A stretch of 51,106 nucleotides of DNA, the filler included, from Bipalium vagum (lineage: Eukaryota): the NCBI GenBank assembly GCA_037834085.1. It is 2 parts of 2 records of this genome, joined end to end, with 100 filler letters (N's around TTAATTAATTAA, not from the genome) between each part and the next. Parts side by side here need not be neighbours in the genome. Positions count along the whole stretch, not along the records: positions 1 to 24,177 come from JBBMKC010202383.1; positions 24,278 to 51,106 come from JBBMKC010125290.1. One strand, written 5' to 3'. Positions 14,319 through 26,240 of this stretch are shown piece after piece. The translations under genes were made by a program, and so were the position numbers. The notes under the pieces are model-generated. The model was not told the origin of the DNA. It saw only the letters and a list, made by a program, of their open reading frames with translations, and made no database searches. The stretch's first letter is position 1, and the number at the start of each line of letters is the position of its first letter.

Positions 14319-16542
14319 TCCGTATATAATATTTGTAAAGTCAGCCTCCATGAACTCATTTCATTTATTTTACAATATTATATTATCTTTATAAATAATA
14401 AATCTAAAGTAATAATTTCTATGTTTATTATTTTATTAATATTATTCTTTTACATTTTTTAAAAAAATATTCTTAAAGAAATTTTGAAATAATTTTTTGT
14501 TCGAAATGTCTCGAATATTTCTTTTGTTCACTTATTAATTCAATCAGTCATGCGGAAATTATGAAATTACACAGATTCAATTCAGAAAAATAATTCTAAC
14601 CAAAGCAAAACTCAAAAAGGTAAAAGTTGTCACCACAATTTTCGTTCGTGGTCTGAAACCTCGAAATAGTTTGGTATTTATAAATTAGCAATTTTTATGA
14701 AATTGATATTTTTCAATAATTATTTTCTGCCAATTTCTGCAATCACTAAATGGGAAAATGGATTCACACGGCATTTTCTCTGTCTCGGGCTATTTTAAAA
14801 AGATAAACAATTGTGAGGAGAAAAGCAGATTGATTATTTCGATGCTGATAAGAGATGAAAAATATAATTTCTCAGAAATTTATTGCTAATTAATTACATA
14901 TTTAATAATTAAAACACATTTTATCTCAATTTCAACATATAAAAACACGTTTAATTAACTTCCTCCAAATTGCCTTTGATTTGTGTAACTTTTTTATTTC
15001 GCTATGCTTTTCTTTTTTATTGATTGAATTTCAATTTGCTTGCTAATCGGCTTAATCAATAAAATTATTTTATTTCTTAAAAAATAGGAAATATGGTAAA
15101 AACTGAAGCAAAACAACGGTTACAATTTTTTTACTGATTGACTACTGACTTAAGAAATGGAGCAACATAAACAAAAAAATATTTCCTTGGTATTTTGTTG
15201 GAAAGTCATTTTTTGCAGGGGTTTCTATTTTTATTCTCTATGTACCATTGTTGTAACTTCAAACAACAAATGGCAGAGAAAAAAAACGAGAAACCCATCC
15301 GGATCGTGTTCGTTCTGGTGAAAAATTTTTCAACATGTCAAAGAAAAAAAGAAAGAAATTAAGAGTTTAGTCTGCACTTAATTAGAAAATATTATAATTA
15401 GAGATAAGGGGTAAAAACTTTTCAAAAATAATGTTTTTTGTACTTTGAAATGCCGCTTTATAGAAAATAATTTCTTTTCCTTTTTTTCGCTATTATATCG
15501 CCCGCGTCTCCGTGCTAGTCAATTTGAAGAAGAATAAGTGTGTATGTGTGTGTTTCGCAGTATGTTTTTCTGTATGTCGACTAAATTAAATTAAGGCACA
15601 CCTACTGGTTTTTCTTTACTTCTTTGCTCTGAAAACAAGCAGCTATTTTTGTTGTCTCTATTGTGTCAACGTACCCCTTTCATTATATGCACACATACCG
15701 ATCACACTATTCACTGTGTGTCAGTTGTATTAGTAGTAGTTGTAACACTACTGCCGGTACCAGTACTAAAAGTAATAGTATTAGTAGTATTAATTATAGT
15801 AATGGCAGTAAGGAATGGTCGAATTTACCTTTCTATATTTCCTTGAGATTGAATAATGATAATGACATCAGGTGAAATTTACGCGATTTTTCATGAATTC
15901 CCATACCTTCCAAACTCGGAAAAAAAATTTTAAATTAAATTTTTATTTATTTATTTAGTTGTTCTCTTTGTAAAAAATATAGCTCTTCTTTTCCTGAAAA
16001 ATTGTCATGACAACGCCTGGTAAATTAAAAAATAACCCCGATTATTGTAATGAGATTGATAAATAAAATAATAAATATTTAATCTATAATTTTTTTGGTA
16101 TTTTGTTGATGCTATTTTACTTTCTTTTTCTTCTCTGTATTTTTTCTACATTCATTGGTGAAACAAGACACTCAAATATTACTGGTTGCGATGTTATTTA
16201 TATTTATTATTATTATTATTTTATTAACCATTTTATAATTAATTTAGTATTACGCACACAAACTGGTTTTAGGCATATATTTATATATTTATTGATATAT
16301 TTATGTTTCTACACCCTGATGTGAATATCTATTAAATTATTGATTTTTTAATATTAAAATATTAAATTATTAGATGGTTATTCAATATCAACTAGTTTTT
16401 AATTTTTATAAAAATTTTATTTAATAATTAGATTATAAAATTGACGTTACTTTAAAGTATTGATAAATTAATTTTCTGTTGTTTTAAAGAGCTTTTTTAC
16501 TTTACTTTGTTGTATTTTGATTATTGTAAGCATTATTTTGAC

Positions 16543-16591
16543 AATAATAATAATAATAATAATAATAATTATTATTATTATTATTATTATT
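16543..16591. repeat. (AAT)n(ATT)n palindromic microsatellite
   Basis: About 9 AAT units followed directly by about 7 complementary units. Confidence 0.95.
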
Positions 16592-16824
16592 CTGCTTAAT
16601 AAAATTAAAATAATTAATCAATTTATCTCACTCTTTGTTATAATATAAAAATGAAATAAATTTCTCACCAACACTAATTATATTATTTCCGCTTACTCCA
16701 AGAATTTTGCTTTAATATTTTTTTATTAAGTGTACATTAGTTAGAAATAATTACTTAATATTTATGTGAAGCAAGATTTTATTAAGACCAAAAAATTCCA
16801 TATAAAGCAATAGATTTCAACACG

Positions 16825-16830
16825 TTATTA

Positions 16831-16884
<54 letters not shown>

Positions 16885-16920
16885 TTATTATTTTTTTTCT
16901 TATTATTATTGTTATTATTA
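16825..16920. repeat. (ATT)n microsatellite, interrupted
   Basis: Triplet run with a few interruptions. Confidence 0.9.
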
Positions 16921-19769
16921 TATAAAATTCTGTTTTTAGATATTTTAATGTAATTAGATTTACAACCTAATGATTTTTATTTTTTTTCGATATTTCTTTT
17001 ATATCTGACACCTGGTTTATTTATTGTTTATGAATATGAATAATATTTTATGAATATTTTCTTTTCATAATAAATTACCATTTATTTTATTATTTATTAC
17101 GAATACATTTCTAGAAGATAAATTTCGTAATTTTTACAATTTTTAAAATCTTATCAATGTTTTTGAAGATTATTTCATAGTTCATTTATTTTGAGAGTTA
17201 CGATAATTTATTTTATAAATGCTTTTAATACAATTCTAACATTTTTAAAATAAAATCTTTTAAATAAGGATTTGTAAAAATCAATTTTGCACTTTTAATT
17301 TTTATTGTGATATTTTCATATTTTCTTCAAAAGTTATTTAAGAAGTTCGTTTATTCAACAATAATATATATTATGAACAATCTTTTTGAAAAATTTATGT
17401 AAAACTTGATGTAGGTAGGTGATGTTATATTATCAAAAGGAATTTTCTTTTCTCTACAGAAGATTTTATATTTTTAACTATTAGTATTAACTAAATATTA
17501 TATAAACTAATAGTATTAATTTCCGGAAATTATATAATGAAAATTTTTAAAAATCAGAAGATATTTTATTGTAATGTCTAAAAGTGATAATGTCACTAAT
17601 ATTGAATATTGTCTATTTTTATTATTATAATACTTTTTTGAAAATATCTAACTCATGTTAAATATATATTTTATAATTATTGACATTATTATTTATTTAT
17701 AATTATTATAATTAATTTACTATGAAATCTGAGCATTTAGTCAAGACTAAGAAAATCAGTCTTGAAATTCCTACTTTAAACCACAGAATGCTTAAGTCAT
17801 AACTAAACCAAGTTCGTCGTGACCTATCATTTTTTCCCAGCATCCTTGTTTTACATTTCAAGATTTCAGTTGATAATATTATGTATTTAAATACTGAATA
17901 AAATCAAGACTCATTTCTTTTATTTTGTATTCTTGACGGTCTAACAAGCTTTTAGTTTGGAAAAAATGCAACACAAATTGAAGTAAAATAAAAAATCAAT
18001 AACTTTTATGACTTGTGGCCTTCATATATTTAATTTTTTACACATGAGACTCGTGCGTAAAACCTGTGCACTCCTTTGTTTAAATAAATAAATAAACCAC
18101 AAATTTAAAGTTTCTAAACATTTCATATTTACCGTTTCACTTCACTTTTTAATGTATTATATCAATAAGTAAAAATGTATTATTCATATTAAATAAATAT
18201 AAATAAAATTTAAATAAATAAACTTTATATAAATACAAAGGTATAAGCGATTATAATTATTTTATACAAATAATAAACAAGTAATAAATTATTTGTGATA
18301 GATGTGTACTAATATAATAACTTTACAAATAATATTCTCAACTCGTCATTTGAAGCAATATATTTCTACTCTGATAAATCTTACAATAATTTATCACAAT
18401 GATTTTTATTATTTATTTTATTTTTATATAGTTAATTTGCCGGTTTTATCTCATTTAATTTATTTATTTCATTTAATTAAAATTACGATTTTAAATCACA
18501 CCAAACTATTTGTTAAATTTTGGTACTTTATTTTTCATATATGCGTAAAATAATTCTTTAAAAATATTTTTTGTCAGTATTTTCAAAAATCTATGTTTGA
18601 TAAGTAAATTACTTATTTTTGACAGTTCCAATTATTACTTCTCAATAAATATATGTTAAAATAGGGTGGAAGAAAGATTTGTTGATTATCTTAATTTTGA
18701 GTTAGGAAATTTTTTACAAGAAAATCATTTCAAGCTTTTTACACAGTTTAATTTTAATAGAAAGCAACTTTTAATTAATTTAAATGTTTTTTCGCTTTCA
18801 GTTAATTTAAACATATTTAGTTCTTTTTTATTTTAATTTCTAATTAACATTCATATTTTTCCAAGGAAAACTTTTTCTTTTAACAATTGTGTTTTCGTTA
18901 TTTTATGAAAAACTTTGATCACCACTTCTAAAAAATTTTAAATTCTGAAGACATTTTGCAAAACTTATTCAAGGAAAATCAACAGAATTTTAATTGATAA
19001 GTTCTGTGAATTTCTGTGAAAAGTTGATTTGATAAATAAATGAGTTATAATAATAAATTCAATAATTAAATGAGTAAATAATAAATATTTCTTTTATTTA
19101 TTGATAATTTACATTTTTTGTTAATTAAAAAAAACTTTGAATTTCATACCTCGGAACAAATTCTAGGTCGATAATCCGTTTTAATATTGTCGATTTGACA
19201 ATTTAAGCGACCAGGCATTAGTGAATATTTTTCAGTTTTTTACAATGATAAATGAACAATCAGTTTCTCTTAACATGTTTTCGAGGAAATAATTAGAATC
19301 AGTAAATGGCGCCATAATATTACCATATATGAAAACCAGTCCATATTTAGGATATTCCATTATGTGATTAATGAATTGTTTTGTTATTTCTGTACTCCAA
19401 TCTTTTTAAGTCTATTTATTCAATAACTGTTTACAATTCAAATTAAAATTCTTTATTTATTTTTTAAAAAAAAATTCACTCAACAATAATAATTTGAAAA
19501 TATTTACTTATTTTTCATTTAATCTTCACTTGAAGAAAGGATATTTTTTTCGTATAAAATCATATCTTAATTCCCTTGGTCGATAAATTAATACAAAACA
19601 CAAATATTAATTCAATTATAATTTTTTAAAATTACAAATAATATCGATTTTTTAAGAATTTGTGTTATTTCTATTATAGCAATATTATTTTATATAATAA
19701 TTTCATATTTAGTATTAGTTAATGACTGTCGAATCGTTGTTTCGAATGACATGTAACAATAATTTCTAG

Positions 19770-20564
19770 ACTCCATTATCTTGCCTAGGAGTGCAAAGAT
19801 TTACAGGGAGAAATATTGCAGAAACAAAATCTGAAAGTAATAATGAAGCTCAATGTTTATTTTGTTCTTATCAAGGTAGTGATCTTCCTCATCATTATTC
19901 GAGTGAACACAATGTTTTTACTGGATCAAGCAAATTTTTAAAGCCAGTTCTAAATTCGTTTTTTAACATGTTATCAACAGTCGATCAAAACCCTGTTGTA
20001 ACTAATAGTAACAATGATATGCAAATGTCGGACGGTACTCTTATTGTGATGCCAGAGGAACCGCAGGAATCTAGAGAGAATTTGGAACATTTGAAAGATG
20101 AACAACAACCCTTAGATTCAACAGAAATAAATAATTTTTCATCTGTGGGATCTCGAAAACGAAAAATGTGCCAACCAGTTTCGTCAAATGGCGGCACAGC
20201 GCATGTGGATGGTAGTGACTGTAGTGATAGTAATTCAGAGCATTACAGTAACCAATTTGTTTGTCACACGGACGATAAATTTGAAAATAACGGTGGTGAC
20301 TATTATGATCATTCTAACAACTATGAAAGAATGTCTGCTTCATTTATTGATTCTCATCTTAATAACATTATGATAACTGACGAAGAAAGCAGTGACCATT
20401 CGTCGGATATATCAAGACCATTAAACGGTGATTTCTCCTCTTTGGGATCCGGTTATATACTTGGACAACGACCAGGAACACAATTTGGATCGAGAATGAT
20501 GCGCAAGCGAGGAAGACCGCCGAAAATAGCATCACAAGTCCTGTCGAGAGGTTATTTTTGTTAA
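19770..20564 (+). CDS. C2H2 zinc-finger / AT-hook protein exon (probably the same gene as 764-1051)
   Basis: Acceptor TTTCTAG ends at 19769 in phase 0, followed by a GC-richer open frame. It encodes a C2H2-like motif (CLFCSYQGSDLPHHYSSEH), basic SRKRK and an AT-hook (RKRGRPPK). It either stops at TAA 20564 or splices out at GTTATT 20551. Confidence 0.8.
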   Translation, partial: TPLSCLGVQRFTGRNIAETKSESNNEAQCLFCSYQGSDLPHHYSSEHNVFTGSSKFLKPVLNSFFNMLSTVDQNPVVTNSNNDMQMSDGTLIVMPEEPQESRENLEHLKDEQQPLDSTEINNFSSVGSRKRKMCQPVSSNGGTAHVDGSDCSDSNSEHYSNQFVCHTDDKFENNGGDYYDHSNNYERMSASFIDSHLNNIMITDEESSDHSSDISRPLNGDFSSLGSGYILGQRPGTQFGSRMMRKRGRPPKIASQVLSRGYFC

Positions 20565-20706
20565 TTTTTAAAACCAAAATCAATATTATAAGCACAGAAT
20601 TCAGAATAAAAGGTTTCTTTTGGGATTTTTGTGTAAATTCATTCATTTTTTTGACAAAGCAAATAATTGTTTATTTTATTATAATTTATTTTCTTCAATA
20701 AAAAAA

Positions 20707-22730
20707 TAGGTTGGTCGGAACATAATGCCCAATTTCGAAATTCAACTTTAAACTCAAACAGTTTAAGTTCAAATGATTTTAAAAAAATTCATGATCACCT
20801 AAATTAACTGGGCAAGACGAGGATGCTTGACAAATGGTTGTCTCATGATTTCAACGAAAAACAAAATATCATTGTTCTTGAGGAATATCAGCATAATATA
20901 TTAGGTTGTTTAGAAATGAATGTCGGTTTTATAAATCTATTTTATTTAACGTTAGTTTACCATAGTTGTGTGTTGTTTTAACATATTATATATCATTTAA
21001 AAGCGTGAAATTTAAATTATATTTTGTAAGCATTTCGTAATTATTTAATTTTAAATAACGTTATTATTAATGTTTTAAGGTAACATGGAAAATAATCAAT
21101 TACTAACAATTTACTTATATGAATTTAAGCTGAGTCACAGAGCATCAGAAGCAAGTCGGAACATCAACCTAGCATTTGGCGAAGGAGCGACTACCGAACA
21201 ACGTTGGTTTAAAAGATTTAGCGAAGGAGACGACGAGACACTTGAAGATAAAGAGGGTTGTGGTCGAAGGAGTTCAATCAATAATGATGAATTGAAAGCA
21301 TTGGTGGAGGCGAATCCACGTACCACAGTTAGAGACCTAGCAAAAGAGTTAGATCTAACAATTGGAGCAATTTCTACCCATCTGAAAGAAACTGGGAAGT
21401 CCAAAAAGCTTGACAAGTGGGTCCCACATGACCTAAACAAAAATCAGAAAAATCGACGGTTTGAAATTGCGTCTTTTACATTTTGCGCAACAGTAATGAT
21501 CCTTTTCGCGACCGGATTGTGATGACTGATGAAAAGTGGATAATGTACGACAACAGACGGCGATCAGCTCATTGGTTGGACCATAATCAAGCTCCGAAAC
21601 ATTAGCAAAGCCGAAGTTACACCAAAAGAAACTGATGGTGACTGTTTGGTGGTCTGCACATGGTCTAATTCATCACAGCTTCTTGAAACCAGGAGAATAA
21701 ATTACGGCAGTTATACTGTAAGCAAATTGAAGAAATGTACTTGAAACTTCCAGCTTTGGTCAATAGAAAGAGAGCTATTCTATTGCACGACAATGCTAGG
21801 CCGCATGTCGCACAATTGACCATACAAAAATTGAACAAGTTGGGCTAGGAAATCCTGCCACATCCAACATACACACCAGACCTTTCGCCAACAGACTACC
21901 ATTTCTTCAACCATTTGGACCACTTCTTACGAGATAGATGTTTCAAAAACGAAGAGGACGCCGAGAAATACCTTCAACGACTTCATCGCTTCCAGAACAC
22001 AGGAATTTTATGATAATGCCATAAAGAAACTTGTGTCTCGTTGGACTAAGTGTATTCAAGCTAATGATGCATATTTTGCTTAATAAACTTTAGTCTTACT
22101 TGAAAATTTTTACTTTAAAAGTTAAAAGTCAAAAAACGACATTCATTTCTAAACAACGTAATGTTAGTAATCCTTATCTCGAGAGTGACGAAAAAGCGCA
22201 AGTGATCATTACAATGGTTGGATCGGAACCAAGCTCCAAAACACTTGCCAAAACTACAAGTTCACCAAAAAGGTCTTATTAACTATTTGATGGTATGCTG
22301 GAAGGGTCAAACAATTGCAGTGGACATATATTACCAAGAAATCAGTGAAATGCACCAAAGTTGCAAGTTCTTCATCTGATTTTGGTCAACAGAAAGAATC
22401 TGATAATGTAATCAAATATGTTGATCAAATGACGTTGCAAATTTTGCACACGAAGTTTGGTCTAGCCTTCATTACTCTATCATTCTTTTCTATATTTTGG
22501 TCTCTTCACTAAAGGTAAAATCTTCAATAACCAAGGAACTCTCAAAAATGTTTTATTCCAATTCTAGAAATCTAGACAACCGTTATTATATGCGATTGGA
22601 ATAAATACTTTTATTTTTCGTTGGCAAACATGTGAAGTTGTTATCTTGACCAATAAAATTTATTTAGACTTGATTAATTTAAGTTTATGGTTGAATATTA
22701 AGATCGAATATTATTTTCCGACCAATGTAA
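20707..22730 (+). mobile_element. Older degenerate mariner hosting the 20901-22161 insertion
   Basis: Degenerate TIRs (TAGGTTGGTCGGAACATAAT / ATTATTTTCCGACCAATGTAA). LGKTRMLDKWLSHDFNEKQ lies before the inner element and SDEK...-type remnants after it. Confidence 0.75.
20901..22161 (+). mobile_element. Full-length mariner (DD34D) element with defective transposase
   Basis: About 30-bp TIRs (TTAGGTTGTTTAGAAATGAATGTCGGTTTT / AAAAACGACATTCATTTCTAAACAACGTAA), with TA on the left and TG on the right. Transposase 21085-~22083 has KWVPHDL, MTDEKW, LHDNARPH and HPTYTPDLSPTDYHFF, interrupted by stops and frameshifts. Confidence 0.95.
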
Positions 22731-23729
22731 TACATTTACTCATTGTAAGCAACCTAGTGTGAGCGGCATATCTCATAGTTCATAGGGAAAAGGTTTTGAA
22801 ACGATTCTCTTATACTAACTGAAAATGGATAATATCAATTTCTTAAAATTAAAACTAATTATATATTATTATTATTATTTATCCTTATTTATAAATTACT
22901 GAACCACATGAGTAGTGGTACCTTCGTTTAAATTGAACATTTTAACATCCAAATGAAATCTCAGTGATGTAGGGAATTTTTGTAATGGATTAAATTTATC
23001 TGAGTACTTTGGTAAATATTTATAAATCAAGGTTTAATAAAAATTGATAAATTCGATTAAAATATTTTTAAAATGTTGAAAATTGTGAAATTTTTCATTA
23101 TAATTTTTATTTGACAATTTGAAAAAATTACCAAAGAATACAACCTAAAAATAATTCCTTTTTATAATTTCTTTTCTATGCAAACTGATTATCAAACCAG
23201 CTCTGTCGTAATTTCTTATTAATGTTAATATTATTATCACAATGTTTTATGATACTTTACAAAAATTTACTCAAATCTCTGAAAAACATGACATTTTAAA
23301 TCTGTACATATATTTAGCATAATCAATAATTATAATAATGAATATTTTTTGTTTTTTCTAATATAGATAAATAAAAAATTCATAATTTTCTTGCCAATCA
23401 ACGATTTTGAATATTTTATTGTAAAAAGAACACCGCAATTAAAAGATTTTCCTTTTAACAATTATTGAAATTAATTAATACTTAATTTAATATTAAATTC
23501 AATAAATTAAATTAACGTGACAAAATCAATTATCCAAATAATTTCCTTTAGATTGATTTTATAAATAAACTTTAATCTACTTTTAACGGGAAAACTCTTT
23601 TGTTTAGCTAAGATTTCAAAATAATTCATTTTGATATTCTCACTGCTCAATTTTATAAATCAGATTTCTGTTTATATTTTCCTGTTTTTCTACATTTTGT
23701 ATAAATAAAAAACAATTTTATTTTAATCT

Positions 23730-24095
23730 TTTTTTGTTGAAATTAAATTTTAAGAAAAATCATCTCCTGAAAAATTTGTCAGTAACATATATGAATGATT
23801 TTTTAATTATAAATTTTCTTTCTATTATTTTTACTGATACCAATTTTAATCTTTTCCGAATTCTGCTTTATAAATCTTGTCTAAATCAAATAACTCTTAT
23901 GTTTTCAATAATTTAATCAATCGTTATTTCTAATAATCCATTAAATCTTTATATGGAAAATGTGATCCAAAAATTGTTTTCCTTCATAACCTTGTATTCT
24001 CTACACAATCTTCATCCAAAAATACATTGTATTCGTAAACTTCTGTTTCTTCCAATTGAAATTTCTTCATATGGTGAACTTTTATTCCTTATAGC
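23730..24095 (-). mobile_element. Possible decayed non-LTR RT fragment
   Basis: QLEETEVYEYNVFLD resembles YKYLG, and RLIKLLKT resembles R4-type RL..ILKT. Frequent stops; abuts an (AAT)n tract. Confidence 0.3.
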
Positions 24096-24109
24096 TAAAA
24101 ATAAATGTA

Positions 24110-24111
<2 letters not shown>

Positions 24112-24176
<65 letters not shown>

Positions 24177-24177
24177 T
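24112..24177. repeat. (AAT)n microsatellite at contig end
   Basis: Triplet run leading into the N linker. Confidence 0.95.
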
Positions 24178-24277
24178 NNNNNNNNNNNNNNNNNNNNNNN
24201 NNNNNNNNNNNNNNNNNNNNNTTAATTAATTAANNNNNNNNNNNNNNNNNNNNNNNNNNNNNNNNNNNNNNNNNNNN
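24178..24277. other. Artificial 100-bp assembly linker (44N + TTAATTAATTAA + 44N)
   Basis: Symmetric N runs surround a 12-mer that puts stops in all six frames; the total is exactly 100 bp. Confidence 0.9.
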
Positions 24278-24350
24278 ATCTGAACACCTCTCTAATTTGA
24301 ACTTTTCAGCAAGGACACTATGGTGTTCAATTTAAGCAGGTTTCACTGTA
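24278..24350. mobile_element. Right end of a pogo/Tigger-like element
   Basis: Ends GGTGTTCAATTTAAGCAGGTTTCACTG|TA (reverse complement TACAGTGAAACCTGCTTAAATTGAACACC), with internal TGAAC sub-repeats. Confidence 0.55.
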
Positions 24351-24399
24351 ATTAATTACTTAAATAGAATACCCAATCAGAAGCCAGGACATTACTTCA

Positions 24400-24868
24400 A
24401 ACGAAGGTTGGAAGATAAATCACAAAAATATTGGAAAATTCGTTTTTGGATTTTATGAAATGCCACCTGAAGGATATTTTCGACTCAGAGGTAATTTTTC
24501 TGTTTTCTGATTTTTTTTTTCAAGAAAATCTATTGACGCCAAATTTAATGGTCAAAAATGCCTTAGGGTCATGATTTCTACCGAAATTCTGGTGAAGCCT
24601 TCTCAAGGTCGAATAATCGATGATAAGCAAATGAAGACCAATCGGACGACACCTGGATTGTCAAGAGCGGTCGAGGAGAAGCTGTTCAATGTCGTTTCAA
24701 CTCTGGATAAGTTTCTCCGTATCTAAGGTACCTTGCATAGAAGATGGGATAAAGCATTTAGTGAAGAATATTTCGAAGAATGAATGTGTTTTTTATACAT
24801 GTAATAAAATTTATTTATGTCAGTTATTTATTTTTTTTAAAAATTCTGAAACTTATTCACGCACATAA
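24400..24868 (+). mobile_element. Internally deleted, decayed mariner remnant
   Basis: KPSQGRIIDDKQMK...(HTH-like) is joined to LHRRWDKAFSEEYFEE* (mariner C-terminus-like). Left boundary is approximate. Confidence 0.5.
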
Positions 24869-25399
24869 AATTATTATTCATTTTATTAATTTGTGGAGTA
24901 TCCCAAGATAAACGCTTTTTAACAAATAATTTTCTTTTTTTATGGTACTTGTTTTTTGAAAATTTTATAACTCATAGGACTATCAAATTTAAGATATTTA
25001 TTCATTCTTATTATTATTTTATTAACAAAATTATATTAAAAGAAAAATTTGTATATAAAATGAAAATTATAATATACTAAAAATAGAAAGTAATATAAAA
25101 TATATAAATCTAAAAATAGAAATTAAATAAAAAGAAATATTTATAAGAAATTAAATATAGACAATAAAAAGATAAGTACAAAATTAAATATAAGAGTCAA
25201 AACAAAAGAAATCAGACGTAGAGACAAAAATATTGAATAAGTTACGCATTAGCAAAGCGGATCATAAAGGAAGACAAGAAAAACAAAAAAGAAAAGAAAC
25301 ATTTATCCATGTATAACAGCCAGTACCCTACTCGTTGAAAAAAAACTTAAAACCTATATTCTTTTAAAAGAAAAAAAATTCATAAAGCAATCTAAACCG

Positions 25400-25960
25400 T
25401 AATCCAAAAAACAGAAAATACACTAGAAGTGACAATCCTGTAATTTTTAATTATAAAACGTTACAGAAGTTTACATTTAAATTATTCTATAAACAGTCAA
25501 GCAATCTTTCCCAATTAGCTTGTTATTACTAAAGATTCATTCAAATAAATATTCGAACTTTTTTTCGAGGATCAAATAATTTTTAACTGTTTCTATTTTA
25601 TTGCTTTTTGTTTTTTTACAGTTTACACAGCCGCTAGATGGTAAATTGCAGAGGGCTTTTGCGCACTAAACTAAGTTTGTACCAAAAGATTCTCTTTGAC
25701 TTTGAGTAATCCCATAAATCAAAAAACTATAAAAAGCATAATTTCAACAAAATTTTCTACACATTTGTGTTTCTTGTTTATTTTGAATTTTTATTACCTT
25801 GGCCTTTTTATATTGTTAACATAAAAAATTAAATTTTGACATTTTGTTTTGAACTTTCACTCACAAATACTTATCATCATAATAAATCTTTTTAAATAAT
25901 CTTAGCACAATCTCGAGTTTTAATCCAATCTCTTCTACCACCAATTTCTAGAGACTTAAT
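25400..25960 (-). mobile_element. Decayed non-LTR retrotransposon (R4/Dong-like) 3' fragment
   Basis: EIGGR...DC resembles PRKEGGRGL..DC, and GCVNCKKTKSNKIETVKNYL resembles the C-terminal CxxC...ETxxH zinc knuckle. Many stops. Confidence 0.4.
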
Positions 25961-26114
25961 TAATTTATTATTATTGTTATGCATTTTATGAATTTATTCA
26001 TTTATTAATAATATTATTGTTCATCTTACTAATTTATTATTATTGCTATTTATTATAATTTTTATTCTTATTTTAAGAAAAAAACTCAACAAATCCGTGA
26101 ACAAGTAAACTTAC

Positions 26115-26240
26115 ATTTTTTAGCAATCCACAACTTATATTAAAGAAGCAATAAGATATTCTATTTGGTGTGAATACTTCTTTAAAAACCATATCATAAG
26201 ATTTTCCAGCATTTGTGATATTCGCTAACACGTTGCAAAA
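26115..26240 (-). CDS. NCSTN: Nicastrin exon 6
   Basis: FCNVLANITNAG...RISYCFFNISCGLLKN; acceptor TTTTAG, donor GTAAGT; phase 0 at both ends. Confidence 0.7.

Noticed and set aside
19985-20646. Antisense and alternate-frame ORFs over real exons or transposases (also 21135, 29013, 33041, 44486, 48928, 49853)
   Set aside because: They are shadow ORFs of GC-richer coding sequence.
23330-24095. Minus-strand frame that reads protein-like if TAA/TAG=Gln and TGA=Trp (stop-codon reassignment or ciliate contaminant)
   Set aside because: Stop density is close to that expected by chance at this AT content. All three real genes have stop-free exons using CAA/CAG for Gln, and SKI3 ends at a normal TGA. 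A decayed LINE explains the region better.
24369-24490. Phase-1 exon-like frame EYPIRSQD...GYFRLR that could follow the zinc-finger donor at 20551
   Set aside because: It lies across the artificial linker, overlaps a mariner remnant, and has no recognisable domain.
25865-25947. Candidate nicastrin exon 7 (KLVVEEIGLKLEIVLRLF...)
   Set aside because: The splice sites are plausible, but there is no nicastrin similarity and another frame matches a LINE GGRG-type motif. Not fully excluded.
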